From positions 77,190,001 through 77,254,000 of the forward strand of contig NC_043001.1 in the NCBI RefSeq assembly GCF_006345805.1: a stretch of 64,000 nucleotides of DNA, given 5' to 3'. Each line of letters begins with the position of its first letter. Positions within the stretch are counted from its first letter, which is position 1. A program made the translations under genes and the position numbers. Below the pieces are notes generated by a model, which made no database searches, was not told the DNA's origin, and saw only the letters and a program-made list of their open reading frames with translations. This stretch comes from Octopus sinensis (Eukaryota). This document shows, in pieces, positions 41,087 through 49,514 of the stretch.

Positions 41087-44000
41087 GTCTGATCAATAAG
41101 TATCCGTACTGTTGCTATAGTAACGAGTCCCAAATCATGCAGTGTGAAGCTACTTGGCACGAATTGACCTTGGACTTTGCTGTGCATGCGCTCTAAGTTT
41201 TAGTGTTCTACATTACTTTCACTGTTTACAGCAGTGTTTGGAAGGAAGGTGTGTAGCATTTGATCATCATATTGACTGTAACAGCGAGTATTGTCTTGGT
41301 GATACCTGCTCACATGCCTATTCAAAGTTGCAGGTGTATGAAGAGGACTGCATGGGCTGCACACATGGGCAGACGACATTTCCAAGATGGTTGTAAAAAT
41401 GTCAATATTGACAAATGTCAGAGATGTGCAACCTGCAGAACTGAGAAAAACATTGCAGATGTGCATGAAGCTGTGAATTGAAATCATTGTATCACTATCT
41501 GTGAGTTGTCAGAAGATGTGCAGATTAGTTATGGTTCAGTTCAGTCCATTATCACTGAAGATTTGGGTATGAGATGTGTGTCTTTCAAGTTTGTGCAAAA
41601 ACTGCTTTTAGCTGATCAAAAAGACACTTGGGTTTCAGTTGCACAAGATCTCCTTGAGTGTGTTGAGAATGGTGAAAACTTTGCAAAGGTCTTTGAGCAG
41701 GTATCACCAAGCGTTTGGCAATATTTGATGCAGATTCTCTCCTCAATTTTCTCTGTCATGGTCAATGCAACATTTGCATGCTACACACCTTCCTACCAAG
41801 CACTGCTGTAAACAATAGGAGTGAGCTTGAATGTTCAAACTTAGTGTGCATGCACAACAGAGTTCAAGGTCAGTGTGTGCCAAGCAGCTTGCTTCACTCT
41901 CCTTGACTTAGCTTCATTACTATAACAACAGTCCGGATATTTATTGATCAGAACATGTATGTATATCTGTGTATATTATATATATATATATATATATATA
42001 TGTTGAATGTAACGTCTTATGATAATTTTCTTCTCTAACTTTTCTTTTCCTGCCTTCAGCTCCCTGCATCTCCCTTACATCAAGGACCAACACACATTGC
42101 TGATTCCCAGAATTCTGTGCCACCAGGCCATCCGTATCAGGTTATCAACAACAAAATTCCTACACCACCTCCACAGCCAAAGTTATATTCCTACTCACCA
42201 AGATCCAGTAACAATGTGCCACAATTCAGAAGATCTCCTGACAATGAGTACCAAAATCTCAGCAGCCTGCAACCGAACAACTTTGAGTTGTCTCAAAATA
42301 GGAATATGAATCCTTCACTGCCATTTCCTCCACCACCCAGCAATCACCCTGAAGCTGATTACAGCGAATCATTGGATTATGGGTAAATTCATTCATTCTT
42401 TTTTTCAATTTTGACGTTGTCATCATCATTTAACATCCATATTTCATGCTAGCATGAGTTGGGCAGTTTAATTGGGACTGACAAGACAGGACTGTGTTGG
42501 GCTCAGTGTCTGCTTTGGCATGGTTTCTGTGGCTGGATGTCCTTTCTGATGCCAGCCATTTTACAACTATGTACTGGATGTTTTTGTTTTTTTTCATGGC
42601 ATTGGTGCCAGTGAGGTTGCTAAGTAACTTGCAAGACAAGAGTCTATGACTGAGTGGGGGCACAGTATTGAAGCAGGTGGATTTGTACCAAATGTTGAGA
42701 GGCTAAAGTATGATTGTGGGACCACAGCTACCCTTGAAAGTGAGGATGGTGGAGATGAGATGTCAAGGTGATCCTAAAGATACAAGGAGATGCATAAAGG
42801 GAGAATAGGGATAAAGGGACAGACAATTTAGAATGGCTGACTGTGAATTCATGAGTGGGAAAGGAGAATCACAGACAATTAAGTAATGTTTGTTACCACT
42901 TCAGCATGGCTGTTCCATATGAACCAATATTACTTCCATTTTTAATCCCAAGAAGATGTCTTCCCTAGCTGGTTATTGATGCAATCTGCAACCAATATAT
43001 ATTGCAAGCAGAGGACTGAACCCCTATCAACTTCTAGTAACTTGACAGGACCAGCAGACTCTAGTTTTGGGCAATTCTTTTCTACTCTAGGCACAAGGCC
43101 CAAAATTTTGGTGGAGGGGGCCAGTCGATCAGATCGACTCCAGTACGCAACTGGTACTTAATTTATTGACCCCAAAAGGATGAAAGGCTAAGTTGACCTC
43201 AGCAGAATTTGAATTCAGAACGTAAAGACAGACGAAATACCACTAAGCATTTTGCCTGGCTTGCTAACGATTCCACCAGCTCACCTCGGCTATTGAGCAG
43301 TTGTTCACTCAACCTCACAATGTATAGGAAAATAAGTGACAATCAGTCACTGATCTTGCAACAAGCATAGTAGCTAGTCAGAAAATCTCTATAAGAGATG
43401 AAAGTACTAACTATACTGAGAAATAATGTTTATCCCTGCTTCAATATGACTGTTTCATATGAATCCATGTTACTGCCTTTTTTAAGTGGCAGGCGAAATG
43501 CTAACTGGTATTTCGTCTGCCAATACATTCTGAGTTCAAATTCCGCCGAGGTCAACTTTGCTCTTCATCCTTTCGGGGTCGATAAAATTAAGTCCCAGTT
43601 ACACACTGGTGTCGATGTAATCGACTTAATCCTTTTGTCTGTCCTTGTTTGTCCCTTCTATGTTTAGCCCCTTGTGGGCAATAAAAAAATAAAAAATTAA
43701 ATATGGGGACAGAGGCAAATATAATGAATGAGGAACATGGATGCAAGTTTGGTGAGCAGTGAGTCTCAGTTTGGAGTGGGAAGGTAAAGGAAAATAAAGG
43801 TGGGTTAGGGAGGAAATGTGATAGGTGGCATTACACAAAAGGGGGAGGTGAAGAGCAGCAGTATGATAAAATTGTAGATAGATGAGAAATAGGGAGATGA
43901 TGTGAAGTGTGGGGAGATAGAAGTTGTACATAATAGAGGAGGTGAGAGGCATGCAGGGGTGGATATAGTGTGTGATAAAAACTGGTGGCAGAGGGATGTC

Positions 44001-45219
44001 AATGGCAGATATGAGAGGCTTTTCAGAGGAAAGTGACTTTCAGTGGAAAATAATGGTAAGTGATGATGTTGAGAATGTGGAATGGCTGACAAGGGAAGTA
44101 GTTTGAAGGAGAGGGGTAGCTGGTACTTTTAAAATAATAAATAAATGCGCCCTTTTTAAAGCCTAGCCAGGCTCATGGGCCTGGTTTCCCTGGTTTCAAT
44201 GGTGTATGTGTTCCCCAGCTGGATCGGACACCAGTCCGTCACAGCGTTACTCATTTTTGCCAGCTGAGTGGACTGGCGCAATATGAAATGAAGTATTTTG
44301 CTCAAGAACACAACACGTCACCCGGTCCAGGAATCAAAACCACAATCTTACGATCATGATGCTGACACCCTAACCACTAAGCCACGCACCTCCACAGCTG
44401 GTACTTTACTAGTACTTAATTTTATTGATTCAGAAAGAATGAAAGGGTAAGTCCATGAATCATTGTCATCATCATCTAGTGTCCATTTTCCATGCTGGTA
44501 TGGCTTAGATGGTTTAACTGGAACTGGTAAGCTGATGCTGGATGCCCTTCCTGACACCAACTACTCCACAGAGTGTAGTTATTACCTTTTATGTGTCACT
44601 GGTATGGGTGCCTTTTACATATCACCAGCATGAGTGCCTTGTATGAGTCACCAGCATGGGTACCTCTTAATGTCACCAACACGAGTGCCTGTTATGTACC
44701 ACCAGCATGAGTACCTGTTATGTGTCACCGGCACGAGTGCCTTTTACATGTCACTAGCATGAGTGGCTTTTACGTGTCACCAGCACAAGTGTCATTTACG
44801 TGCCACCAGCACAAGTGTCATTTACGTGCCACCAGCACAAGTGTCATTTACGTGCCACCAGCACAAGTGTCATTTACGTGTCACCAGCACAAGCCGTGAC
44901 TATGATTTCACTTGGTTTAATGTCTCTTCTCAAGCACAACAAATTGACAAAGGTCTCAATCACTTGTCAATTGCCTCCTTGAGACTTAACATCCAAAAAT
45001 CATATGACTTATTAATATCTTCCTCTTAAATATTTTGGCAAGTGGCTGTGCGGTAAGTAACTTACTTATGATCCACATGGTTCTGGGTTCAGTCCCACTG
45101 CGTGGCACCTTGGGTAAGTGTCTTCTACTATAGCCTCGACCGACCAAAGCCTTGTGAGTGGATTTGGTAGACGGAAACTGAAAGAAGCCTGACATATATA
45201 TATATATATATGTATATAT

Positions 45220-45269
<50 letters not shown>

Positions 45270-45783
45270 GTATGTATATATATATATATATGTATGTATG
45301 TATATATATATATTGTATGTATGTATATATATATGTATGTATGTATATATGTATGTATATATATATGTATGTATGTATATATGTATGTATATATATATGT
45401 ATGTATATATGTATGTATATATGTATGTATATATATATGTATGTATATATATGTATATATGTATGTATGTATATATGTATGTATGTATATATGTATGTAT
45501 ATATGTATGTATGTATATATGTATGTATGTATATATATGTATGTATATATGTATGTATGTATATATATATATATGTATGTATATATATATGTATGTATGT
45601 ATATATATATGTATGTATGTATATATGTATGTATGTATGTATATATGTATGTATGTATATATGTATGTATATATGTATATATGTATGTATATATGTATGT
45701 ATGTATATATGTATGTATATATGTATGTATGTATATATGTATATATGTATGTATGTATATATATATGTATGTATATATGTATG

Positions 45784-45814
<31 letters not shown>

Positions 45815-46263
45815 ATATATGTTTGTGTGTCTGTGTTTGTCCTCCCAACATCACTTGACAACTGATGCTGGTGTGTTTATGTCCCTGTAACTTAGCAGTT
45901 CGGCAAAAGAGACCGATAGAATAAGTACTAGGCTTACAAAGAATAAGTCCTGAGGTTGATTTGCTCGACTAAAGGCAGTGCTCCAGCACGGCCACAGTCA
46001 CATGGCTGAAACAAGTAAAAGAGTAAGAGTAATATAGCATTTTCACCAATATGATCTTTCTGGTAGCAAGTAAGCATGGCTTATGATAAAAATTTGAACT
46101 CTTTGTCATGTGATTTTTCAAACAAATTATGACTACTTACTAAAGTTATATTTTTAACGAATTATTAATTTGTTATATCTTTTCCTTTCCCAGTTATTAC
46201 GCAAGGGATGATATACTAAACGATAATGGATACAGAGGACCAAATAACAGAACATCCACCTAG
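1833..46263 (+). CDS. BAIAP2-like: IRSp53/BAIAP2-family I-BAR (IMD) + SH3 protein, 5'-partial, 14 coding exons in window
   Basis: Fourteen GT-AG exons with compatible phases give one frame of 1767 nt after the first 2 nt, ending in TAG at 46261-46263. The peptides align collinearly, from memory, with human IRSp53: ALVKIG vs ALVKMG, LKKY...FSDKE vs LKKY...YSDKE, SH3 GWHYG...GWLP vs GWHYG...GWFP. Orthology among BAIAP2, L1 and L2 is not resolvable here. Confidence 0.93.
2068..2455 (+). mobile_element. SINE family B (tRNA head, CORE-like segment, internal TA/TG microsatellite)
   Basis: ggagtggctgtgtggtaag...ggcaccttgggcaagtgtc...atgactgaaacaagtaaaag. At least 10 copies in the window. Confidence 0.85.
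2505..2870 (+). mobile_element. Family E element ending in the same 3' tail as the RTE at 15540-16878
   Basis: ggtggcacgtaaaaagcacccactaca...ggaagggcatccagctgtagaaac...ttaaatgat. Others at about 11205-11395, 25130-25295, 26600-26775 minus, 42425-42640 minus, 44455-44960 minus. Confidence 0.75.
3104..3422. repeat. (ATT)n microsatellite with ATC interruptions
   Basis: Directly visible. Confidence 0.98.
4065..4288. mobile_element. 220-bp piggyBac MITE with the same TIR as 32713-33792
   Basis: ccctttcattac...gtaacgaaaggg-TTAA. Near-identical to 30652-30871. Confidence 0.85.
4290..5205 (+). mobile_element. Decayed non-LTR retrotransposon 3' fragments (RTE-like C-terminus)
   Basis: [48 protein letters not shown]...GHC. 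Confidence 0.7.
5321..5710 (-). mobile_element. Retrozyme-like element, diverged relative of the 55571-56555 unit, with partial inverted arm
   Basis: Collinear similarity to the 365-bp unit. Inversion junction near 5590 shares CAG. Confidence 0.75.
5493..5535 (-). ncRNA. Hammerhead motif, U3:A8 variant, helix III probably mutated
   Basis: Minus strand reads tctgca TTGATAA aggg caaata ccct GAAA C TA ATC tgcaga. Confidence 0.7.
7100..7900. repeat. CT-rich polypyrimidine low-complexity tract
   Basis: Directly visible. Confidence 0.9.
8861..8922 (+). CDS. BAIAP2-like: Exon b (IMD): [21 protein letters not shown]
   Basis: Acceptor tcttctacAG, donor GTaagt, 62 nt, phase 1-0. Confidence 0.92.
9500..9575 (+). 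ncRNA. Hammerhead motif with the base of stem II decayed
   Basis: atcac CTGAGGA ... GAAA C AATT GTA gtgat. Stem I is perfect and helix III is the palindrome ACAATTGT. Confidence 0.6.
10377..10448 (+). CDS. BAIAP2-like: Exon c (IMD): [24 protein letters not shown]
   Basis: Acceptor ttttattgtAG, donor GTaagt, 72 nt. Collinear with LKSFHNELLTQLEQKVELDSRYLS. Confidence 0.92.
11600..12305 (+). mobile_element. Cluster of SINE family A copies (tRNA-like head plus gcctttcatcctttcggggtcgat central domain)
   Basis: A-box-like tggcagaaacgttagc and B-box gagttcaaatt. About 20 copies in the window, e.g. 6364-6535 minus, 8140-8800 minus, 19580-20000, 29725-30215, 36470-37085, 43075-43690, 50590-50985, 63040-63247 minus. 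Confidence 0.85.
12817..12942 (+). CDS. BAIAP2-like: Exon d (IMD): [42 protein letters not shown]
   Basis: Acceptor ttttattccAG, donor GTaagt, 126 nt. Retains the basic cluster KMQKKK. Confidence 0.94.
13471..13536 (+). CDS. BAIAP2-like: Exon e (IMD): [22 protein letters not shown]
   Basis: Acceptor cattttgcAG, donor GTaagc, 66 nt, phase 0-0. Confidence 0.9.
13774..14410 (+). mobile_element. SINE B interrupted by SINE A (13928-14150) with a 12-bp TSD
   Basis: agaaactgaaag occurs at 13916-13927 and 14151-14162. Confidence 0.88.
14666..17610 (+). mobile_element. Decayed hAT (SPIN/GTF2IRD2-like) transposon, interrupted by an RTE insertion, 3'-truncated
   Basis: BED-like CFIC...HYAAKH near 15260-15340. 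After the insert it continues SLSRQTI...[23 protein letters not shown], and later HCL and ...HRSFKAYL. Stops are present. A hAT-like terminus caaggatgtccggcctgc lies at about 14666. Confidence 0.85.
15540..16878 (+). mobile_element. 5'-truncated RTE-clade LINE (RT with YADD at 16134-16145), frameshifted, with 3' tail ending (GAT)n
   Basis: [38 protein letters not shown] and LHGSETW motifs. Confidence 0.92.
17996..18394 (+). mobile_element. SINE B
   Basis: Full-length match to 2068-2455. Confidence 0.85.
20285..20371 (+). CDS. BAIAP2-like: Exon f (IMD helix 4): [29 protein letters not shown]
   Basis: Acceptor tttctttAG, donor GTaaac. 29 codons, the same length as ALTEERRRFCFLVEKQCAVAKNSAAYHSK. 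Confidence 0.85.
20520..21120. mobile_element. Cluster of 3 copies of a roughly 200-bp second piggyBac-like MITE (others at about 5205-5320, 5757-5970, 11413-11600)
   Basis: Recurrent ccctttagcattcagatta...gctaaagggttaa-type sequence in both orientations. TTAA-CCC terminus at 11409. Confidence 0.65.
21852..22615 (+). mobile_element. Three head-to-tail copies (about 255 bp each) of tRNA-derived SINE family C
   Basis: tggcttagtggttag...gtttcaattcctgg recurs at about 21855, 22112 and 22370. Other copies at about 44150-44400 minus and 52210-52500. Confidence 0.82.
22687..22782 (+). CDS. BAIAP2-like: Exon g (end of IMD): [32 protein letters not shown]
   Basis: Acceptor ttttcttccAG, donor GTaagt. 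The conserved W and IP align with LPLWQQACADPSKIP. Confidence 0.9.
22850..23430. repeat. Degenerate (GAT/GTT)n tract
   Basis: Directly visible. Confidence 0.95.
23471..23612 (+). CDS. BAIAP2-like: Exon h (linker): [17 protein letters not shown]...PVFTKRP-G
   Basis: Acceptor ttatatttAG, donor GTaagt, 142 nt, open frame, phase 0-1 bridges its neighbours. Confidence 0.82.
23745..24147 (+). mobile_element. SINE B
   Basis: Full-length match to 2068-2455. Confidence 0.85.
24675..25080 (+). mobile_element. SINE A partial dimer
   Basis: Full monomer, then a restart at ggtatttc near 24906. Confidence 0.8.
25572..25758 (+). CDS. BAIAP2-like: Exon i (SH3, N-terminal part): ...[43 protein letters not shown]
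   Basis: Acceptor cactAG after a long pyrimidine tract, donor GTaagt. Contains the LSF and GWHYG motifs of the IRSp53 SH3. Confidence 0.94.
26600..28280 (-). repeat. Family E tail, then 5 x 62-63-bp tandem repeat, then 4 x 305-336-bp higher-order repeat
   Basis: atgtgccacc at 26771, 26834, 26897, 26959, 27021. gatacaaattcc-type anchor at 27188, 27493, 27829, 28159. Confidence 0.9.
28683..28908. repeat. 226-bp near-perfect palindrome with a 3-nt loop (28795-28797)
   Basis: atatcacaatcaaggaacggcc... pairs with ...ggccgttccttgattgtgatat. Confidence 0.95.
29314..29402 (+). ncRNA. Intact-looking type I hammerhead, sense to the host gene, intronic
   Basis: atttcc CTGAAGA gaagat [46 nt] atcttc GAAA C ATGT GTC ggaagt. 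Predicted cut after 29396. Confidence 0.8.
29501..29566 (+). CDS. BAIAP2-like: Exon j (SH3, C-terminal part): [22 protein letters not shown]
   Basis: Acceptor tttgttacAG, donor GTacat, phase 2-2. GWLPLSFTK aligns with GWFPFSYTR. Confidence 0.92.
30437..30646 (-). mobile_element. Head-to-head element: hammerhead on minus (30437-30545) and an inverted 3'-half on plus
   Basis: Minus reads CTGAGGA ggtgca...tgcatt GAAA C AATT GTA gtgat. Plus half reads aacatc...gatgtt GAAACAATTGTA. Confidence 0.55.
30648..30875. mobile_element. 220-bp piggyBac MITE with both TTAA TSDs
   Basis: TTAA-ccctttcgttac...gtaacaaaaggg-TTAA. Confidence 0.88.
31469..31607 (+). CDS. BAIAP2-like: Exon k: [46 protein letters not shown]
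   Basis: Acceptor ctgttttccAG, donor GTaggt, phase 2-0. STGDLL resembles IRSp53 STGNLL. Confidence 0.88.
32288..32411 (-). ncRNA. Hammerhead motif with inactivating U16.1>C (GCA triplet)
   Basis: Minus reads atct CTGATGA agcctagag...ctcttggct GAAA C AGCT GCA aggt. Confidence 0.65.
32713..33792 (-). mobile_element. piggyBac internal-deletion derivative with TTAA TSDs and 12-bp TIRs
   Basis: TTAA-ccctttcgttac ... gtaacgaaaggg-TTAA. The minus ORF holds the N-terminus of a PGBD transposase (GPSH...LDYFFLLF...[10 protein letters not shown]). Confidence 0.9.
34211..34245 (-). ncRNA. Minimal hammerhead in a Penelope-type tail repeat (about 34120-34320)
   Basis: Minus reads gttt CTGACGA a gagc ttc gctc GAAA C GTT aaac. 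Helix III can form only intermolecularly (ACGT). Confidence 0.65.
35775..36014 (+). CDS. BAIAP2-like: Exon l: His/Pro-rich, [12 protein letters not shown]...HHHHHHH...PPPPP...[12 protein letters not shown]
   Basis: Branch-like ctaaac followed by ccccttcAG, donor CAG|GTaact, 240 nt, phase 0-0. No homology check was possible. Confidence 0.72.
37118..37418 (+). mobile_element. SINE family D, tail type Y
   Basis: ggaggcgcaatggcccagtggttagggcag head. Near-identical to 56676-56976. Confidence 0.85.
38434..39275 (+). mobile_element. Decayed Tc1/mariner (maT/DD37D-like) element
   Basis: [20 protein letters not shown] and [11 protein letters not shown] motifs. Ends are cagggtgt / acaccctc, with TA on the left flank. 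Confidence 0.8.
39695..40160 (-). mobile_element. RTE LINE RT fragment
   Basis: Reverse complement is collinear with 16020-16450 ([30 protein letters not shown]). Confidence 0.85.
40575..41082. repeat. Compound (TA)/(TG) microsatellite
   Basis: Directly visible. Confidence 0.95.
41083..41957 (+). mobile_element. Mariner deletion derivative with roughly 200-bp inverted arms
   Basis: TA flanks and TIR gaggtctgatcaataagtatccg. HTH remnant [28 protein letters not shown]. Confidence 0.85.
42060..42382 (+). CDS. BAIAP2-like: Exon m: Pro-rich, [10 protein letters not shown]...NEYQNL...[21 protein letters not shown]
   Basis: Strong acceptor ctaac-ttttcttttcctgccttcAG, 323 nt open frame, donor GG|GTaaat. 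Confidence 0.82.
44580..44895. repeat. 26-bp minisatellite (cagcacaagtgtcatttacgtgccac) with degenerate upstream copies
   Basis: About 4 near-perfect copies at 44781-44890. Confidence 0.88.
45035..46025 (+). mobile_element. SINE B with its internal microsatellite expanded to about 620 bp
   Basis: Head at 45035-45192, (TATG/TA)n at about 45195-45805, tail to 46025. Confidence 0.85.
46194..46263 (+). CDS. BAIAP2-like: Terminal coding exon n: [22 protein letters not shown]
   Basis: Acceptor tttcctttcccAG. Phase 2 matches exon m and the frame ends in TAG. Confidence 0.72.
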
Positions 46264-46647
46264 AACATTTACTTTGAATTATGCTGTCCTGATAACCAGA
46301 ACATCCACCTTACCCTGAACTTCTGCTTAGAAATGCTGCTTGGAATTGCAAATCCTGTCCAGACATCAACAATATCTACACCCCACATAGCTATGTTATT
46401 ATCCTGAAAATATTGTTTAACCCAAACAAGTTAAATTTTGACAATCTTGGAAATGATTTGGTATTAATAATGTAAATTGTTAGTTTTTTTTGTATTGAAA
46501 TCAAAACTTCCATATGAAGTTTTCTGTCCATACTTTGCCCACACTAATCTGCTTCTTTTTGCACTCTAGGACAAATTGGATATTAAACAAAGAGGGTAGG
46601 CAACAATGGTGGTGAAATATATAACCGTGGTAATATATATATGTATG

Positions 46648-46682
<35 letters not shown>

Positions 46683-46770
46683 TGAGGGAATATTATTCCA
46701 AACTTACAGGGAAAAATTCAATTTAGAAATACTAAATCACATTTCACAAAATATAATATATATATATATA

Positions 46771-47076
46771 TATTAGAAAAAAACCACCTTTCAATAATGA
46801 AAAATTAAATTATACCATTTAGAATAATTACATATTATAGAAAGATTAAATATAAGATAAAACATATAACAATGATTAAGTAATGTGCAAAATAGTAAAT
46901 AAAATGTATATATTTGGTAGAATAACGACATGCGTTTCCTGGCTATTTTTGCACATTACTTAATCATTGTTATATGTTTTATCTTATATTTAATTTCTAT
47001 AATATGTAATTTTTCTAAATGGTATTATTTAATTTTTCGTTATTGAATTGATAAAAGGTGTTTTTTTTTTTCTAAT
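46771..47076. repeat. Inverted repeat with roughly 125-bp arms, spacer holding a hammerhead 3'-half
   Basis: Arms at 46771-46895 and 46943-47076. Minus-strand spacer reads GAAACGCATGTC. Confidence 0.85.
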
Positions 47077-47359
47077 TTATATATATTATATATATATATA
47101 TATATAATCTGTATATAAGAAACAAGTTAAAAATAATGGTCATTATACATAATTCCTTATAAGGAAATTTGGCTTACAACTGTTTCCAGTATTTATTATA
47201 GGTACATTACTGATAAGGTTTACTCAATTGGTCTTTCATTAATCTAACTAATATTGTTAGCCTGGTGTGCCAACAGGGTTTTTATGAAGTATTTTTTCCC
47301 AGATTGATAATCCCTCACTATTATGAGTGTGTATAATATAGTATTAGACCAAATAATTT

Positions 47360-47800
47360 GGCAGATTTGGGACCAGAAGCATCTTGGGTTTCTGGATTTT
47401 CCAGTTTTCTGGAGACAGTCTAAATATATACTTAAAATGTAAAATACTCATAAACTATGAAAAGTATCTGTTAATCCCCTTAAGATTCTTAAAGATATCA
47501 TATTGTACCATGTATACAATATAATGTTTATATGATGAAAATTAAATTAAGAAAAGTAAAGAACATGATTTTATTTAACAGATACAAACACAAGTTAATA
47601 CAATTTTAAAGCTGAGTATGATTAATCTTTATCAATCCACTTCAAAAGAGTAAAGGACAAAATTATTTTTAACACATTCCAGAAAGAACAGGGTTTGTTC
47701 ACTCAATACATGGTACAGTATACTGCATATATTGTACAGTATTTCCACATTTCTGAAAATTCCAGATGTTTTGGAAGTTGGATAAGAGGCCTGGTATTGT
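47360..47800. repeat. Dispersed AT-rich repeat, related copy at about 60810-61285 (possible DNA-transposon remnant)
   Basis: Shared cagttttctggaga...aaatata...aactatgaaaagt and ttaacag..acaaacacaa segments. Confidence 0.5.
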
Positions 47801-48370
47801 ATATTCAAATATATTAAGATTTAAAATCTCTTAGCTTCATTACATAAATTTCATGTATAAAGCATAAATGGTTGCTCCCCTTCTTGCTCTTCTCTGCTAA
47901 CATAACACTCAAATAAGCAAACAGCAGAATTTTGTTGAATCTAAGGGTAGTCATTATGCCAATATAATTAACACACACACACTGGTTCAATTCCACTCAT
48001 TTATTAAATATCTGATTGTTTTGTTTTTGTTTATCAAAGCTCTTTTGTGGATGCACATGACCTAGTGGTTAGAGCACCGGACTCGCGGTCGAGGGATCGC
48101 GGGTTTGAATCTCAGACCGGGTGATGTGTTTGTTTATGAGCAAAACACCTAAGCTCCACGCGGCTCCGGCAGAAGGTAATGGCATACTTCTGCTGACTCT
48201 TTCACCACAACTTTCTTTCACTCTTTCCTCCTGCATCTTGTGTCTCACCTGTGATGGACCGGCATCCCGTCCAGGTGGGGAACCTATACGCCAAAGATGC
48301 CGGGAAACCGGCCCTTATGAGCCAGGCATGGCTTTAGAAGGAATAAACAACAACAAAGCTTTTTTACTGT

Positions 48371-48448
48371 TTCTTGCAACCTTCTCAATGACTATTGACT
48401 TGGTCCTTTCTAGGACTAAGTCAATAATCATCAAGAAGGTTGCAAGAA
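48371..48448 (-). other. 37-bp hairpin, pre-miRNA-like
   Basis: On minus: 33 Watson-Crick pairs, 3 G-U, 1 A-C mismatch, 4-nt loop. Confidence 0.45.
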
Positions 48449-48861
48449 GTAATGAAAGAGCTTTGAGAAACGAAAACAAAACAATTGGATATTTAATAAA
48501 TAAGTGAAATTGAATCAGTGTGTGTTTTAATTCTATTGGCATAATGACTCTCCCTAGACAACAAAATTTGAAATTTGTTTCAACATACAAATTCACATAA
48601 AGAATTTTGCAAATCAGATACAAAAACAAACTACAGAATTTCACATATAGATATATTATTATTGATTGTATGTAATAATTAATTTGTAATTCATACTGTT
48701 GAGAAGTCCTTGAGCCCATGCCCTTCCAGTAACGCCAAATAGTGTGAAGTTATGTGAGAATATTTGAGTATTCAAGACCACATGGCTGTTAAACAGAGCT
48801 CTGCATACACAATTTTACTATAACAGGGAAGAAGATAATTTATGTATGTGTGTGTATAAAG

Positions 48862-48928
<67 letters not shown>

Positions 48929-49444
48929 ATATGAAGAATGAAGAAGAGTCTTAATTTAAAAATTATTAATTATATAAAAATAAATTTAGCACAACACAAT
49001 GACACTAATATTTTGGACTAAGTTTTTGTATTGCATTCAGTGCTTTTGCTGTTAGGTTTTGTGTAAGGTATAACAATAAAGCATTGAAGTTAATTACAGG
49101 TAAATAAGATGAAAATTGGGAAAAAGTTAGGATTTTATATTTAAAGTAATGTACAAGTAACGATATTTGTCATGTATGTTGCAGTCATACATTGAAGTGA
49201 AATTAAGGCCGTGTGTAGAAATAATGATTTGGGCTTATTGTGCAAATTAAAACAATGATGAACACTGCTTTCAAACTTGTGTCATTTAATGGCACACAAC
49301 AGCTGTACCTGGTGGAAACTTCACAGTACTTTGTGGGATCTTCTATTTGTGTATGTCAGCTTTTAAAGAACTTTCGGACTTTGGAGGTTTTCGAGTTCTA
49401 GAATTTCAGTTAAAGGATTTTAAACTATGTATGTGTGCACACGC

Positions 49445-49514
<70 letters not shown>

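Noticed and set aside
46248-46310. 14-bp direct repeat cagaacatccacct across the stop codon
   Set aside because: Only two copies, most simply a small local duplication.
48315-48719. 134-aa minus ORF
   Set aside because: It spans a SINE tail, the hairpin and AT-rich sequence, with no domain signal.
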